A stretch of 62,064 bases of DNA, the filler included, from Rhabdomonas costata (taxonomy: Eukaryota), in assembly GCA_019059605.1 (NCBI GenBank). It is 24 parts of 24 records of this genome, joined end to end, with 100 filler letters (N's around TTAATTAATTAA, not from the genome) between each part and the next. Parts side by side here need not be neighbours in the genome. Positions count along the whole stretch, not along the records: positions 10,373 to 12,864 come from JAHMHO010003169.1; positions 12,965 to 15,456 come from JAHMHO010003170.1; positions 15,557 to 18,048 come from JAHMHO010003171.1; positions 18,149 to 20,638 come from JAHMHO010003172.1; positions 20,739 to 23,231 come from JAHMHO010003173.1; positions 23,332 to 25,822 come from JAHMHO010003174.1; 18 more parts are not named here. The stretch is one strand, 5' to 3'. Each line of letters starts with the position of its first letter. Position 1 is the first letter of the stretch. A program made the translations under genes and the position numbers. Shown here one piece after another: positions 10,979 to 23,409 of this stretch. The notes under the pieces are model-generated. The model did not search any database and had not been told where the DNA came from. It worked only from the letters and a program-made list of their open reading frames with translations.

Positions 10979-13099
10979 CTCACAGCAGTTTAGTTAAGGG
11001 TCCCACAGATAGAAAAAGAGAGAGGCAGTAGAAGGAAAAGAGAAATAAGTTGCTGTGATTCGAAAAGAAAATATAGGAGGAACGCAGGTCTGACCTGGTC
11101 GCACTGCGACTGCAACTGGAACTTTCCCAAGTACTGTTTCTATTGGAGCCCAGCCGAGAAAACATTTTCCAATTATTGGTTGGGGTTGCAAGGAGAAAGG
11201 CATACTTGCAAAGGTGGGACTGCAGAGGTCACCTCATTTGATATTGGAAGCAAACCAAAACGAAACATCGGTGCAGCCCCCTCCTCCAAAAGTTACCAGA
11301 ACCTTCCGAACACTGCACAAAACAGACGCGACACAACCAGGTGACAGGGTTGGCAACGTCAGAGGTTTTGACCAAACGTAAACCCCCCGTAAGCTCAAAA
11401 AGGGAAGCTTGGGTTACACTTTATTTCCAGGTTCACCTCTCAATTTGGCCGAGAATTACACAAAACGCTGGAGTACCGCCACAAACAATGTGGAGGGGGG
11501 GCTTCCAGAAAAGCTTCAGGTGTGAGTGAGTGTGTGTGCGTGTGCCAAAGAACCGAAAAAAAAGGGGGGGGGGCAGGGTAAATGAAGGCAATGGGGGCAC
11601 TCTTTCAACACAAGAGCTGGCGCCGACACAATGAAAAGGGACGAAAACAAAAAGCCGCGGGAGAAGAAGAAGGACAAGAGTGTCCGCACCCCACACCGAG
11701 CACCCATTGCTGACCATGGCGAGGCGACACTGCTCAGGCAAAGAATGAGTGAGGATGCGCAAAAAAAAAGCGTCTTTCCTTTCCGGGACGGTTCTCCTCT
11801 CCCGGACTTCTGCTAAGGGGAAAACGACCAAGGCATGCGAGGGATGCCGCGTAGCCAAATGAGTCGGGAACATTGAGAATGCACCTCCTTTCCACTCCAG
11901 GCATTCATGCACTTCACCACCCGAAGCAAATGCATACATTCTGAAAAAAGGGAGGATGGGGCCTCCCGATGCAAGCGTCCAAGGCTTTCCACTTTCGCAC
12001 CTGGCAGCCCCAAAGCCCCAGGTTCATAGTTCCAGTGTCGCCAGCACACCCAACAACAAACAAGCATTAACGCATAGGCAGGGAGAGAGACACACCCGTG
12101 CAGCTGCACAGTGCGCTGAGACTAGTGGAGTCTGGCAGCAAGACACTGACAACCGCCACATGACCTCCTCCCCCATGGAGACCAGAGTTAACCTAAAATC
12201 ACGGGAACTGCCTTTTCTGATTCCCACATTTCCACATTCCCTTTGCACCATATCATACTCCCATACGCCCGCGACGCAAATGTTTACTTCTTTCTGGAAG
12301 GGCAGAAGCCGTGCACAAAACAAAAAGGGGTGCGTGTGCAAGCGAGCTGCTCTAACGCGCGAAAGTGTGGGACGGAGGCGATGACCAGAGCCTCAAAAAG
12401 GGAGGCGCCAATCAGAATGGTGTCGTTGCCTGCTTTGCGTACAAAGAATAAAGAAGAAAAGAAGCAGGGGGGGGGGCGTTGGTGCCTTTGTGTCCAAGAA
12501 ACAGATGGTGTGAACGACATGGCATCAGGGTGTCGGCAATGTCCGTACTATGGATAAGGGCCGTACGGTGAGTAGCACCTTCACAGAGGTTTTGCCCGAG
12601 ACAGGGGGAACTGTGAGCCTCTCATTGCCAAATCCTGTCTGCAACCTTATTTTTCAGACCTCCCTCTCTTCAATGAGAAAATGAGAGTGAGAGACCTATG
12701 TGGCTCTTCTGTTCCCCCGTCTCCATGGCTTTCCCAGACCTTTTTTTTTTACCTGACCTTACTTTGCCTTCTGTTCTTTCCTTTTTCTTTCCCTTTCCGG
12801 ATTTTCTTCCTGCATTTATCGCCTGCTTTTCGAGGGAGGAAAGGGCTCCGGGCGGGACACTTCCNNNNNNNNNNNNNNNNNNNNNNNNNNNNNNNNNNNN
12901 NNNNNNNNTTAATTAATTAANNNNNNNNNNNNNNNNNNNNNNNNNNNNNNNNNNNNNNNNNNNNTGTTTGTGTTATCGCTTGTCATCAGACTTTTTTCAT
13001 TTTGTGTGCCGCATTGCTGCAATCTCCTGATGTGCTGGAACATTCCAGAAGAGTTCCGGCTGTGCTCTGCTAATGTTGGGGCTGGGTGCTCTTGCGTAG

Positions 13100-15075
13100 G
13101 AAATATGTGGCAGCGCTCCTTCGCTGGAGCAGCGCCGGGCGCTCGTGTTTATCCTCTGGGCGGTGAACCCCTTCCAGATGTGCCCGATCTACCCGCAGTC
13201 TGATGCCGAGGCCAGTCTGCTGAGGCACCTCACCGCCCACCCCGCCATCGGGTTCCAGGCCACGGTTGCGCGAAACGTCTCCACGGTGTGCCCTGCGAAG
13301 GGGAGGTAGGAGAGGGGAAGAGTGAACCATGGAAGGGGCACGCCATTCTCGGGTTGCGGCTCAGCTGGAGATGGCTGCACTAGGAGGAGGCGTTTAACTT
13401 CACTGGTGCTTCGCCACCCCCACCGCCACACACACACCGGGGGTTCTTTACGCTTTACTGCCTTTCTTACGTTCAACGGGCCGTTTGTTTAACAATCATA
13501 AACCCCCTTTTGTGTTGTGTGTCGAACTTACAGCTTGCTGTTGGGGTTATCTTGTCGTGGTTTGCTTTTCTATGCTGCTTTCACTATTTTTTGCTGCTGC
13601 CTGCGCTCCTGTCCTTCTCAGGTCTCCAGCTTTGCGCTGTACCTGTGCTTCCCGTTCTACCTGGACCACCAGACGTTGACCGACTTTGACCTCAAGATGC
13701 AGGCCAAGCCCATCCCCGAGACAGCGTATCTCATTGGCCAGAAGGGCCACACAAAATGGCCCTCCTACCAGATCCGTACCCACTGCCGGACGCTGTGCCA
13801 AGATCTGATGGACCTTTTCGACGCCACGGACTTCCAGGTCATTGGGGTGAGCGGGATGGGATTCCTTTTAATACAATTGTAAATAACAATTTTTAAAATT
13901 TGACAAAAATAAAAATGTATAAAAATGGAGCTTCGAGTTTTTGCATATAACTACCAAAAACTGTAAAAATGTCAAAATCAATGGATCTTTCCGTGGGCAC
14001 CCCCAGAAGGCGCGATCCAAATGTTTTGAACCGGCTGGCTTCGAAAAATGTTTGGCGAAAAGCGTCATATTTGTTTGGAAAGTTGCCAGAATGCCGAAAA
14101 ATGTCATATTCCTGCAATAAACATCATCTCGGGCATAATATCCCATCAAAGGCTGGAATCTCCGATCTAACTGTGGGGCATCGTTGCGACGAGGCTTTGC
14201 TGAAACACATACTCTGCCAGGGAGGTCAGGAGAGGAAGGGGGTTTTTCTGATGATAATCGTGCCGTATGGTTTTTGACCGTAGTGGACCTCACATTGGGG
14301 ATTCCGTCCAGTCACCGAAAAGAACATTATTTTCAAGGTGAGATGACCCGTTTGAGAAAGTGCGGGTTTCCCATCCAGACATCAAACAGTCAAAGCTCTG
14401 AAATCAGGTGCGGATCAAAATGAACTGTTTCCTTCAATTGCCTCAAAACCACCGGAAGAACGTCTCCGCTCATTGTGTTGCGAACTCCCCCGCTCACTCA
14501 GTGTCTCGACTTGAACACGGAGGCAGTTGCTGTGCCCTTGCTGTTGCATATTATTCTTCCTTTCCCGTCTTTCTATATCTTACCTCACTGCAAACGTGCG
14601 GGCCCTGTCTTGCGCATTTCTTCAATTTCGCGTTCTTTTGGGGGCGAAGGTGAAGAAGCCTCCCCGCGGAACTTCGGTGGACAAGCTTGACTTTGACGTC
14701 AGTGGAGGGGTCAGTGTGGCCACTCTGCGTCGCAATCTCAACGCCCTGGCCTCGCTGATGTTTGTCGACCACCACGACACCCGAACCTACCTGGGCAACG
14801 TCCTGCTGGCGTGGTTCGCCGCGCTGGGCGTCGACGAGGCTCGGCTGAGCCGTTGGGCCGTTCCCCCCGCCCTTAGGGGAGGCCTGTGCCCCTCAGGGGA
14901 GGGTGGAGCCGCCGTTCCTCCGGAGTCGCCCGTGCAAGATTTCCTGTCGTGGATCAGTGGGAGGCAGGTCAACGAGACTGCCTACACGCTGCACCCGCTG
15001 CCGTCCTACCTGGACCTGCGGGTGCTGAAGGATAAGCCATGCTACCGGCTGTTCGGGGCGTCCTTCGAGGAGGCG
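13100..15075 (+). CDS. Unknown protein, three internal exons (13100-13264, 13622-13837, 14650-15075)
   Basis: All three exons are AG/GT-bounded and phase 0, with GC3-rich codons. The spliced frame is open (EICGSAP...FQAT/VSSFALY...TDFQ/VKKPPRG...FEEA). Confidence 0.65.
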
Positions 15076-15726
15076 GTGCGTATGTGTGTGCCTGTGTGCC
15101 TTCTTTGCCACACCCCCAGACACCTGTCTCATGTGTGTGTCTGTGCGCGCGCGCGCCTGGAATTCTTTCGTCCGGCCGTTTGTTGGCGGCATGAAATGGA
15201 GAGGGGCATCATAATTCGGGAAGTTCGTGTATGTGCCAGGGGTTGCGAAACAAACGCAGATGAACACATTTATGCAGGAATGGATTAACCCAGAGACCGC
15301 ATAGTATCAGCTCAAGAAAAGGTGCTACCAATAGCTGACAATCGAGCAACACGGGCTTCACAAGGAGATGCATTGTGAAGAGAGCGACGAACCTTTAGAC
15401 CTTTAGAGCAACAACAGGCAGGTGCGTGGAGGAGGGCCCACCTCCCGAAATACCCGNNNNNNNNNNNNNNNNNNNNNNNNNNNNNNNNNNNNNNNNNNNN
15501 TTAATTAATTAANNNNNNNNNNNNNNNNNNNNNNNNNNNNNNNNNNNNNNNNNNNNGCCCTCACATCAGCCGCCGGTGGGGACACCAGGATGCACACAGA
15601 ACTCAGACACATGCAGGCAGACAGAACCGCATTTGGCTTGGAAACCTTAAGTTGACCTCTTGCACGTCTGACATGTGTACATGTGTACAAGCAGGCATAA
15701 GCACCCAACCCCCCCTCCCCATATAC

Positions 15727-17959
15727 CATTATGGATGCAGGCTGCTCGGAGTGGTCTGGGTCGCCATCGTATTGGGCCACAGCGCTGCGCGGGAACAGTA
15801 AACAAGGGTTTGGGTAAGGGAGATCAGCAATGTTGGGTGACATTCTACTACCAGGGAAGCTGCAATGGGAGAAAGGGACGAGAAAGAGGTGTTAAAGCAA
15901 AGGTCTATCCGAACGGGCGGAGGCTGGCTGGCGATTGCAGTTTGAATAGCTGTCCGGAAAAAGGTGGCAATGAGGTTCCGTTATTTAGAGTAGGGCAATC
16001 GACGACTAAAACGAGCAGACCCAGACCCACCCGCCTTCTAAAACTGCTGGGAATGCATCCCCACTATTGTCTAAAACAAAAACCAGAGGTCCCCCAGTTG
16101 CGAAATGTACAATATCGGAGCAATGCTGAGGTCGAATTTCCGGAGCTTGGAACAGCGCAGACCTGATGAAGGCCAGCACCCGAGTTACCCAGTGAGACCG
16201 GGCCTGCTGGTTCTGGAGGTGCGAGTCCAACAGCCTCCACCCAACCTCCCCGACCTCCCCCACCGTCCTGGGCTGGAAGGGGTAGTCCTGTGATGTCGGC
16301 GACGACAGCGATGGTGATGTAGTGATGGGAAATTAGATTGAAAATGAGCGGGTGAACGTGGATGTATTTTTATGCGGGTAGGAAGGTGTGAATTTGAAGA
16401 GAAGCTGCCCGTGTGGTACTCCCGATGAAACCAAATGGATAATGTCCCGGCTCCCCGTCTTTGACGTGACTCTTTTGACTGCGCAACCCAATGTTTCGTT
16501 GCCTACTACCCATAGCTCACATACCATAAGGATGTATTCAATGCACTTACCTCCGAACAACCGTTGGCTCAATTTTCGCGATGGTTACGTTTCGAGCCGA
16601 ACAGGGGGTTTTCAAACCAGCCAAGGACCCGAAACCGCAAAACGGAACTTCGACAGTGTTCCCTTCACTTCCCACCTTTCCATCTCAGATTCCCTCATCA
16701 ATGCTCTATTTTTCAGACGAACACGCTTCCGATCCACTATCCACTCTTCTCTATTTTTTTGGGGTGGCTGGTTTCCGGTGTTTTCCGAACTCCCAGCGAA
16801 CTCCCAGTGGCTTCGGAGTATGAACAAAATTCAGCATTCAGCATTCACCCACTGCTGATCACCACCCCTCACTTTTCCTCCCATTCCTGGGGCACGTTGG
16901 TGGCGAAGTAGATCTCCACCCGCCGCGTGCCGTGCTTCATCACTGCCCAGGCCGGGGCCAGGCACAGGGTGGCGTCGAAGCCAGTCTCCTCGCAGGCCTC
17001 CCGCAGGGCGGCCAGCCGGGCCGTCTCAGTCTCCTCTTGCTTTCCACCGGGCAGGAACCACGCCTCGCCCATGGTCTGCTTCATCATCAGAACCTGAGGC
17101 AATGGGCGCAAGCACCCCGCCTCGCTCGACTTTGTGCACTTGGCGGGGGTAATTTTTTTGGTGAAGACTCACGATTCTAACCCTCCGTGGGTTCCCCACC
17201 CTCTATGGGGCATGGGCCAATCGGGGCCTCACTCACTTCTCTGTCCATCGCACCTTCACGCCACTCTCCCCCGGCTCACAGGATTGCCGTTTCCCTTGGG
17301 ACTTACGGCAGAAATGGTCATCCGCAAACACTTCTTTGCACCGACATCTCGGTCTTTTTCACTGAGGAGAATCCAATTTTCTCTCTTCTTTTTCGGCACG
17401 CCACACAGGTGCTGCATAAGAGTCCGCATAGCGGTGAGTTGGGAGAGCACACTTTCCGGATCCAGATGCAGTGGCCTGTTTCGTGATTTGCCATAGTACC
17501 TTATACTTGTTGTGGCTTTTATATCCAGCTCAGTTCTTCCTCTTCTGCTGCTCTGTTGGGATGCTTCAGAGCATTGTCGGCCAGATGGCGTCTTTCAATT
17601 CTGCCCTCAGATTTTCTGCTCTCTGTAACGAAAAATGTATCCACATACGTATACAATTTCTACATCATAAATAGAGATTGATGAGGGTGATGTGTCGGGA
17701 ACTCTGGTTGATTGCATGTGAGGGTCCTCTTTTGCGCGGGGAACAGGTCGAACTGCATGCATGCATGCACCCTGGGCGCCTGATGGTCCCACACATTGCA
17801 CAAACAATGCCCCCTCGCAGACCTGGGTCAGCGAGCTGTTCAAGAGCACCATGTAGGACCGCGGGAGGCCGCTCTGATAGCGGTCAAAGCGGTCCAGCAC
17901 CGCTAGGGCTTCCTCACGGGTCGGGAACTTTGGCAGCAGAGAAGGGCACCGCTCCAGCA
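15727..17959 (-). CDS. DCP2: Dcp2-like Nudix mRNA-decapping enzyme (partial; exons 17959-17823, 17093-16887, 16287-16163, 15784-15727)
   Basis: Nudix box GGKQEETETARLAALREACEETGF. It is preceded by VLERCPSLLP...LDRFDRYQSGLPRSYMVLLNSSLTQVLM (Dcp2 box A end) and followed by IYFATNVPQDYPFQPRTVGEVGEVGW (Dcp2 pattern xxFxPxTxxEIxxIxW). Confidence 0.72.
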
Positions 17960-20761
17960 CTGAGCATCCCCCCATGACTCCAGATTTCAACGTTTTCCTT
18001 CCCACAACACCCGATGGAACTGCTACCACTCCTTTTATCCACCCCCACNNNNNNNNNNNNNNNNNNNNNNNNNNNNNNNNNNNNNNNNNNNNTTAATTAA
18101 TTAANNNNNNNNNNNNNNNNNNNNNNNNNNNNNNNNNNNNNNNNNNNNGGGTTGTGGTGTTCTCGCGCCCTCCCCTTGGTTTTCACAGCTTTGAAGCTTC
18201 GTTTGTCTTCTACTGCGCTCAATAAAATGCGTTTGAGTCGTTTGGCAACTGTCTTTGGTTGCATTCTATTGCTTCATGCCATCGTGTCAGCCGTGCATTG
18301 TATGTCTGTTTTTAATGTTAGACAGATCGGATTTCTTTTTCAAGTTCCTGTGGCGAAGAACCGGTTTTTTCTTGCAGATCGTGCAACCACGGACGATGAA
18401 GAAGATCGAAACCACATTCCTCGAGATGTATGAAACGAAATGAGCCCTTGTTTTCCTTTTCTCCTTTCGTTGCCCTTTTGTCAGCGTGTTTTTATACAAA
18501 AGGGTCACAAATGCTGCAGCAAACGATCACCAGGGAACAGAAGAAACATGAGTCACCAGCATTTCGGAAAGAGGAAGAATGAAAACGTGTTTGCGGAAGG
18601 GTGGAAGGCAACTGGGCGGATCCTTGGCATGTTTCTTGTGTCGTGGGCGGTATGGGAAAGCAAGAACTGAAAAAGAAGAGTAGGAGAGTGCAAGCCGAAA
18701 GGAGCGCATGTACTTGAGGGTGTCACAATGGCCTATCTGGGAGAGCCTGTCTCCTATTCTCAAGCGGAGGAACCACGGCAACAGCCTCCCAACCTCAGCA
18801 GGGGTTGACCTCCTTCTGGGAGCACCCCTTGGTCCAGGCCAAACAGTAGGGGAGACCGAAGTTAGCATCTCATTGAACACCGATAACTCCAGGGCTAGTC
18901 GCAGCCCTATGAGGATTCCTTGTTTGTTGTCTTCTTCAGGTTTTTGTGGAGGGCACCTTTGGCTTCGTTCTTGCGTCTGCCGGCTTCATTTTTCTGAGCA
19001 GTGTGTCCTCCGTTGCTTTATTTTTGTTCTGTTGATCCGTTCCAAACTAGCCTGGGCTGAAGAAGGAACCTTTGTGTCTTTGGGGGATGTTTCACCTGAT
19101 TTAGTGAGCTTCGGTTCCAAAGTTCCAGCGTCACTTTCACCGAATATTAGGTAGTGCACCCACATGGAAGAACAAACACCGCCCTTGTTTTAATTTGTGT
19201 TTCTTGTCTGTCTGAAGCTTCCTCTGTTGTCTCCTTGTCTCTTTCGCTGTTTGTTTCACAGGTAAACTGGAAGTGATTTCGAAGCAGAAACTGATGCAAC
19301 ACAAGTTCTTGCCTGCACTTTTCGTGAAATCACTTTTTCGGTTCCACGTGTCGGTCTTTTTTGCTCACGGACGGACTTACCGCATTACCGCACACAGACA
19401 CACAATCACGTACGGACACTGTCAGTTGTGAAAAGTAAGGTCCTTTGTTGCTTTTTCTCAGGAAATTCGAGAATTTTCATTACCGACCGGACTTCATGAT
19501 TTTCAACCACAGGGGACAAAAACGTGAAGAGAGAAGTTGAGGTGGCAAACTTCTGTAGATGACAACTGATTTCCTGTGTGGTTCACGTGAAGTTGCATTG
19601 GATCGCCAGCCTTCACCAGTGCATCCATATTTTCTTGTTCATTGTGGTTCTACGTCTTGAGTAGCTCTTGTGCTTAGCGGTAATTTGAGCGTTCGTTGTG
19701 AAATTAAGCTCGGAATGATGTCTAAAGTGTGGTCCAGCGAAACCCAGGCGAATCTCACTGTCCAGATGCAGTTAGAAACTTGGGGAGAGCAAAAAGTCGT
19801 ATCATTCGAAGGTGCGTCAGTGGGCAATGCTGCGGACGGCTATTTTTGTCACTCCAAAAAAATGTTACTTCGAACTCTAAGGGAACGGAGCTTATGGGGT
19901 AGACCTGAACAGACTCTTAACACATTCCGTCAGAGTATTCCCAATCGTAGGTTCCAAAGATCAAAAAGGTAAGTTGCCCCTCTATTTTTTTGACCCTCCG
20001 GTGGGAAATCAGCAATGCCGTACGGCAAAAAGGCTTGCCACAAAACGTGCCACTGCATGGTTGTTGTGAACTTTCTGCTGTGACAGTTTCCCTTGCATTA
20101 CCACAGCAAAACCAAGGGAAAAAACTTCGTCAAAGACATCAACCTGGAAACAAGGGAGCCCTGACACGGTTTTTGTCCCGGATAGCATTCTTAGGGCCCT
20201 CTCTGTCCCTCAAATCCATTCTTGACTTGCGGTTTGTGTGTGGGTGTTTGCGGGGAAGGGCCACACGAAGCTCTTTCCTTCCGTTCTTGACTCTGAGTTC
20301 ACAGGTTCTTGGCATTTTTTGTTGTATTCATTCAAGCGAACTCTCATGGCTTTTCGTGACCTATCCCACATTAAGCAGCTTGCAAACAATGCCGCGGCTG
20401 CGTCGGAGTGCCGTGACTTTCTGAAGCTCGCCCAGCTCAGCGAGGACGTTGTGGATGCACTGAAGCAGTTTGTTCGTCATGGGGATGTTGCGAACAACGA
20501 CAAGGTGCACGCGGTTATATATAGATGGACTGTCAGCGCACTTGGGTACCCCAGAAATAATGTACGCCGGTGCCGGATGACAGTCCATCTATATATAACC
20601 GCGTGCACCTTGTCGTTGTTCGCAACATCCCCACACCCNNNNNNNNNNNNNNNNNNNNNNNNNNNNNNNNNNNNNNNNNNNNTTAATTAATTAANNNNNN
20701 NNNNNNNNNNNNNNNNNNNNNNNNNNNNNNNNNNNNNNTGTGGGGGTGGGGGCACACAAAC

Positions 20762-20930
20762 CGGTGCTTAGCGGCCTGCAGCTCCATGTACATCGCCTCA
20801 GGCTCGGCGAGGAAGGTGGGCACCAGCCTGCGCATGGCCAGGCGGCTGAGACCCTCAGTAGGGATTCCCGACGGTTGCCCAGAGGCGGAGGACCCAGAGG
20901 GGACCCGCCCAGCCGATGCCGGCCTGCTGG
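20762..20930 (-). CDS. Single internal exon of an unknown protein
   Basis: TAG acceptor at 20931 and GT donor at 20761. The open frame reads ...GLSRLAMRRLVPTFLAEPEAMYMELQAAKH with GC-rich codons. Confidence 0.4.
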
Positions 20931-21923
20931 CTACACAGCGAGAGGGAATGATTGTGTGCATGGCTCTGAGTGTGTTGTGTGCTTTGCATGACGGCTGCTG
21001 GCTCTGTCCTCAGGCAGTCCTCATGACTGGACGCAAATAAACCTAAAAGTAAGAGAATGGTGCGCAAAGAACGATCTTTTCACTGTGACAGTCTGGTGAT
21101 TTTTTCTCACTCAAACCCGCGCGAGGTGAGAAGAATTATAGTGCGTATGCAAGCGCACTTATTTGATTGATTACCCCGGCAACAAAGAGTCTCGTCCAAC
21201 CCTCATGGTCTGGGTGTCTTCCCCTCCTCCGGTACCAAGTATCGGGTCACTTAAGTACTTTCGACCAGAAACCATAAGTAGTTTTGCCACCAAAAAACCA
21301 GCCGCTCCTGCGCCGCAGGCCCTTTTTCCTACCACACCTTTGGGGACGGTGCGCTGAGTTCTGTTCAGCTTTCCGCTGAGTACGGAAGCCCACGGCGTGC
21401 GATCGGGTGAGTGCTGCGAGCGCCGCGGGCGGCCGCTGTGCCCCATGGGGACCAAGGGGGCTCGAGGCCCGGAGCCGACGTACCCACCACCTTGCCGGCC
21501 AGCTGTTCCACGAAAAAAGGAATTTGGGAAAGAGGAACTGAGACAATAACGGGCGAGGTCACCAGCCCGAGGCTATTGGTAGCATAAATCAACCAGAAGA
21601 TGTGTCCGGATTTGTGCGCCAATTCCAAGCTCCACGGTGACAGCCAAATCTCGCCAGCTTGAGTGAGGGAAAGGTGGCGGGGAACAGCAACCCTCTCTTG
21701 CCGACCACAGGGTAGTAGTGGGGAAGCAAGGAAAGGCAAAATGGCATCAAAACAGAAGCACGGAAGCACACGGGACAAAAAGTTAGGATGAGCAAGCTCC
21801 TCCAAAATGGCATGGCGATCGATTTGCACAACTGCCGGTGCCCAGCTATGGAACGTGTAAATGTAAATCTGCGCAAATGTAGACTAATAAAGAGGAGAGA
21901 ACATGCTCATTACACACAGTTTC

Positions 21924-22339
21924 CAGGGGGACACTTGTATTTTGGGGAGGGGGAGGGCGTTAAAAAGTCTTTGCTTTCTGCGGTTAAAAAGTGTTTGCTA
22001 TGGGAGACAAATGGGAGAAGATTAATTAAGGTGCGAAGGCCAGTCCGCGGCGCGGCCAGGTCGATGGGTTAGGACGTTCCATGGTGTGCTAAGCGTTTAC
22101 CAGTGCTAAACAACCGATTCATACGCGTTGGGGATGCTATTTTTAGAGTACGGAGGTAAACGGTGCAACATTCCTCTAAATGCATTTAATTAAGCAAAAA
22201 AAATGGGTTCGCTTAACTATTTTCCGGCCCCCAAGACAGACATGCGTACGACGTAATTTAATTTAAGGAGGACTGGAAAACTTATTACCGTTTAGAAGTG
22301 CTAAACGTTTAACGCCCCCCCCACTTCAAAAAACACAAT
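21924..22339. mobile_element. MITE-like element with imperfect terminal inverted repeats
   Basis: The left end TTGTATTTTGGGGAGGGGGAGGGCGTTAAA pairs with the right end TTTAACGCCCCCCCCACTTCAAAAAACAC (perfect core GGGCGTTAAA/TTTAACGCCC, weaker similarity further inward). A related end occurs at 39202-39246. The interior is non-coding. Confidence 0.4.
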
Positions 22340-23409
22340 GAGTCGCGTTTCCAGGCGCTACGAAAACGTCCCTTCCTGCCAGTTGCCAGGTTGCCGTTCT
22401 AAAATGACAAAGGCAAATAGAAGCACATTGCCGAAGTCCGACCCAGCTTCACAAAAAAAAATGAGGGCCGATTTAGAACCTGGTGGTGCGATTTTTTTGA
22501 CGTACAGCTCGCAGAACTCGTCGCCTGTCAGTAGGCGCTCCGTGATAGTGCCCTCAGCAGGGAAATTGGTGGTTCCCATAACGGAAGGCTGGTCCTGGAG
22601 TGCGGCGGCGGTGGGGGGGATATGGAAGACGCAGCGCTGATGAATAAGTGTTATTCCTCCTCATCCACGAGTGCCTTTCCTAATTCTGAGAATCTCACCA
22701 GTCGCCCGGAAGCACTGGGAAAGTTTTCACCCGGCTCGCTTGCGCGGCGCTGGCCTTCGCCACTAAAATAACTTAGTCCCTTTTGTGTGGCATCTCCTGG
22801 GAACCATTCATCGCCGTTCCCGGACAAATTCACCAGTCAGCCTCTAACACACCAGAAATACCAAGGAAAGGTACCCCAATACCCCAAATACAAAACCAGT
22901 CAATCGCAACTTTTTACAACGTTTAACCATTTCTGATCGTCAACTGCCCCCTGTTTCTAGCCTGACAGCGCCCTTCTCAGATTTCCAACATTGTTTCGCG
23001 AATGCGCGGTGCATTACCTGTTTGCACACTGTTGTGCGGCGTTTTCTGTACACCTTGGTTTTGAGATTGTTTTTGTTTGTGTAGAAACAAATGTTAAACA
23101 TCTTTGGCATACCTTCACTTGTACGGCACAGAGAAAAGGGTGAGGAAGTCACTGAAAACAACCATCCTTGATGCACAACAGTAGCGAAATGAAAGGGTCA
23201 GAGTCCTTTTCTAAGTTCCTTCGCCACTGAANNNNNNNNNNNNNNNNNNNNNNNNNNNNNNNNNNNNNNNNNNNNTTAATTAATTAANNNNNNNNNNNNN
23301 NNNNNNNNNNNNNNNNNNNNNNNNNNNNNNNTGTTTTGGGTCTGGCCACCGATGGGACCCAAGACACCATGACATGATGAGCATGGCAATTTGAACACGG
23401 GGGGAACAC

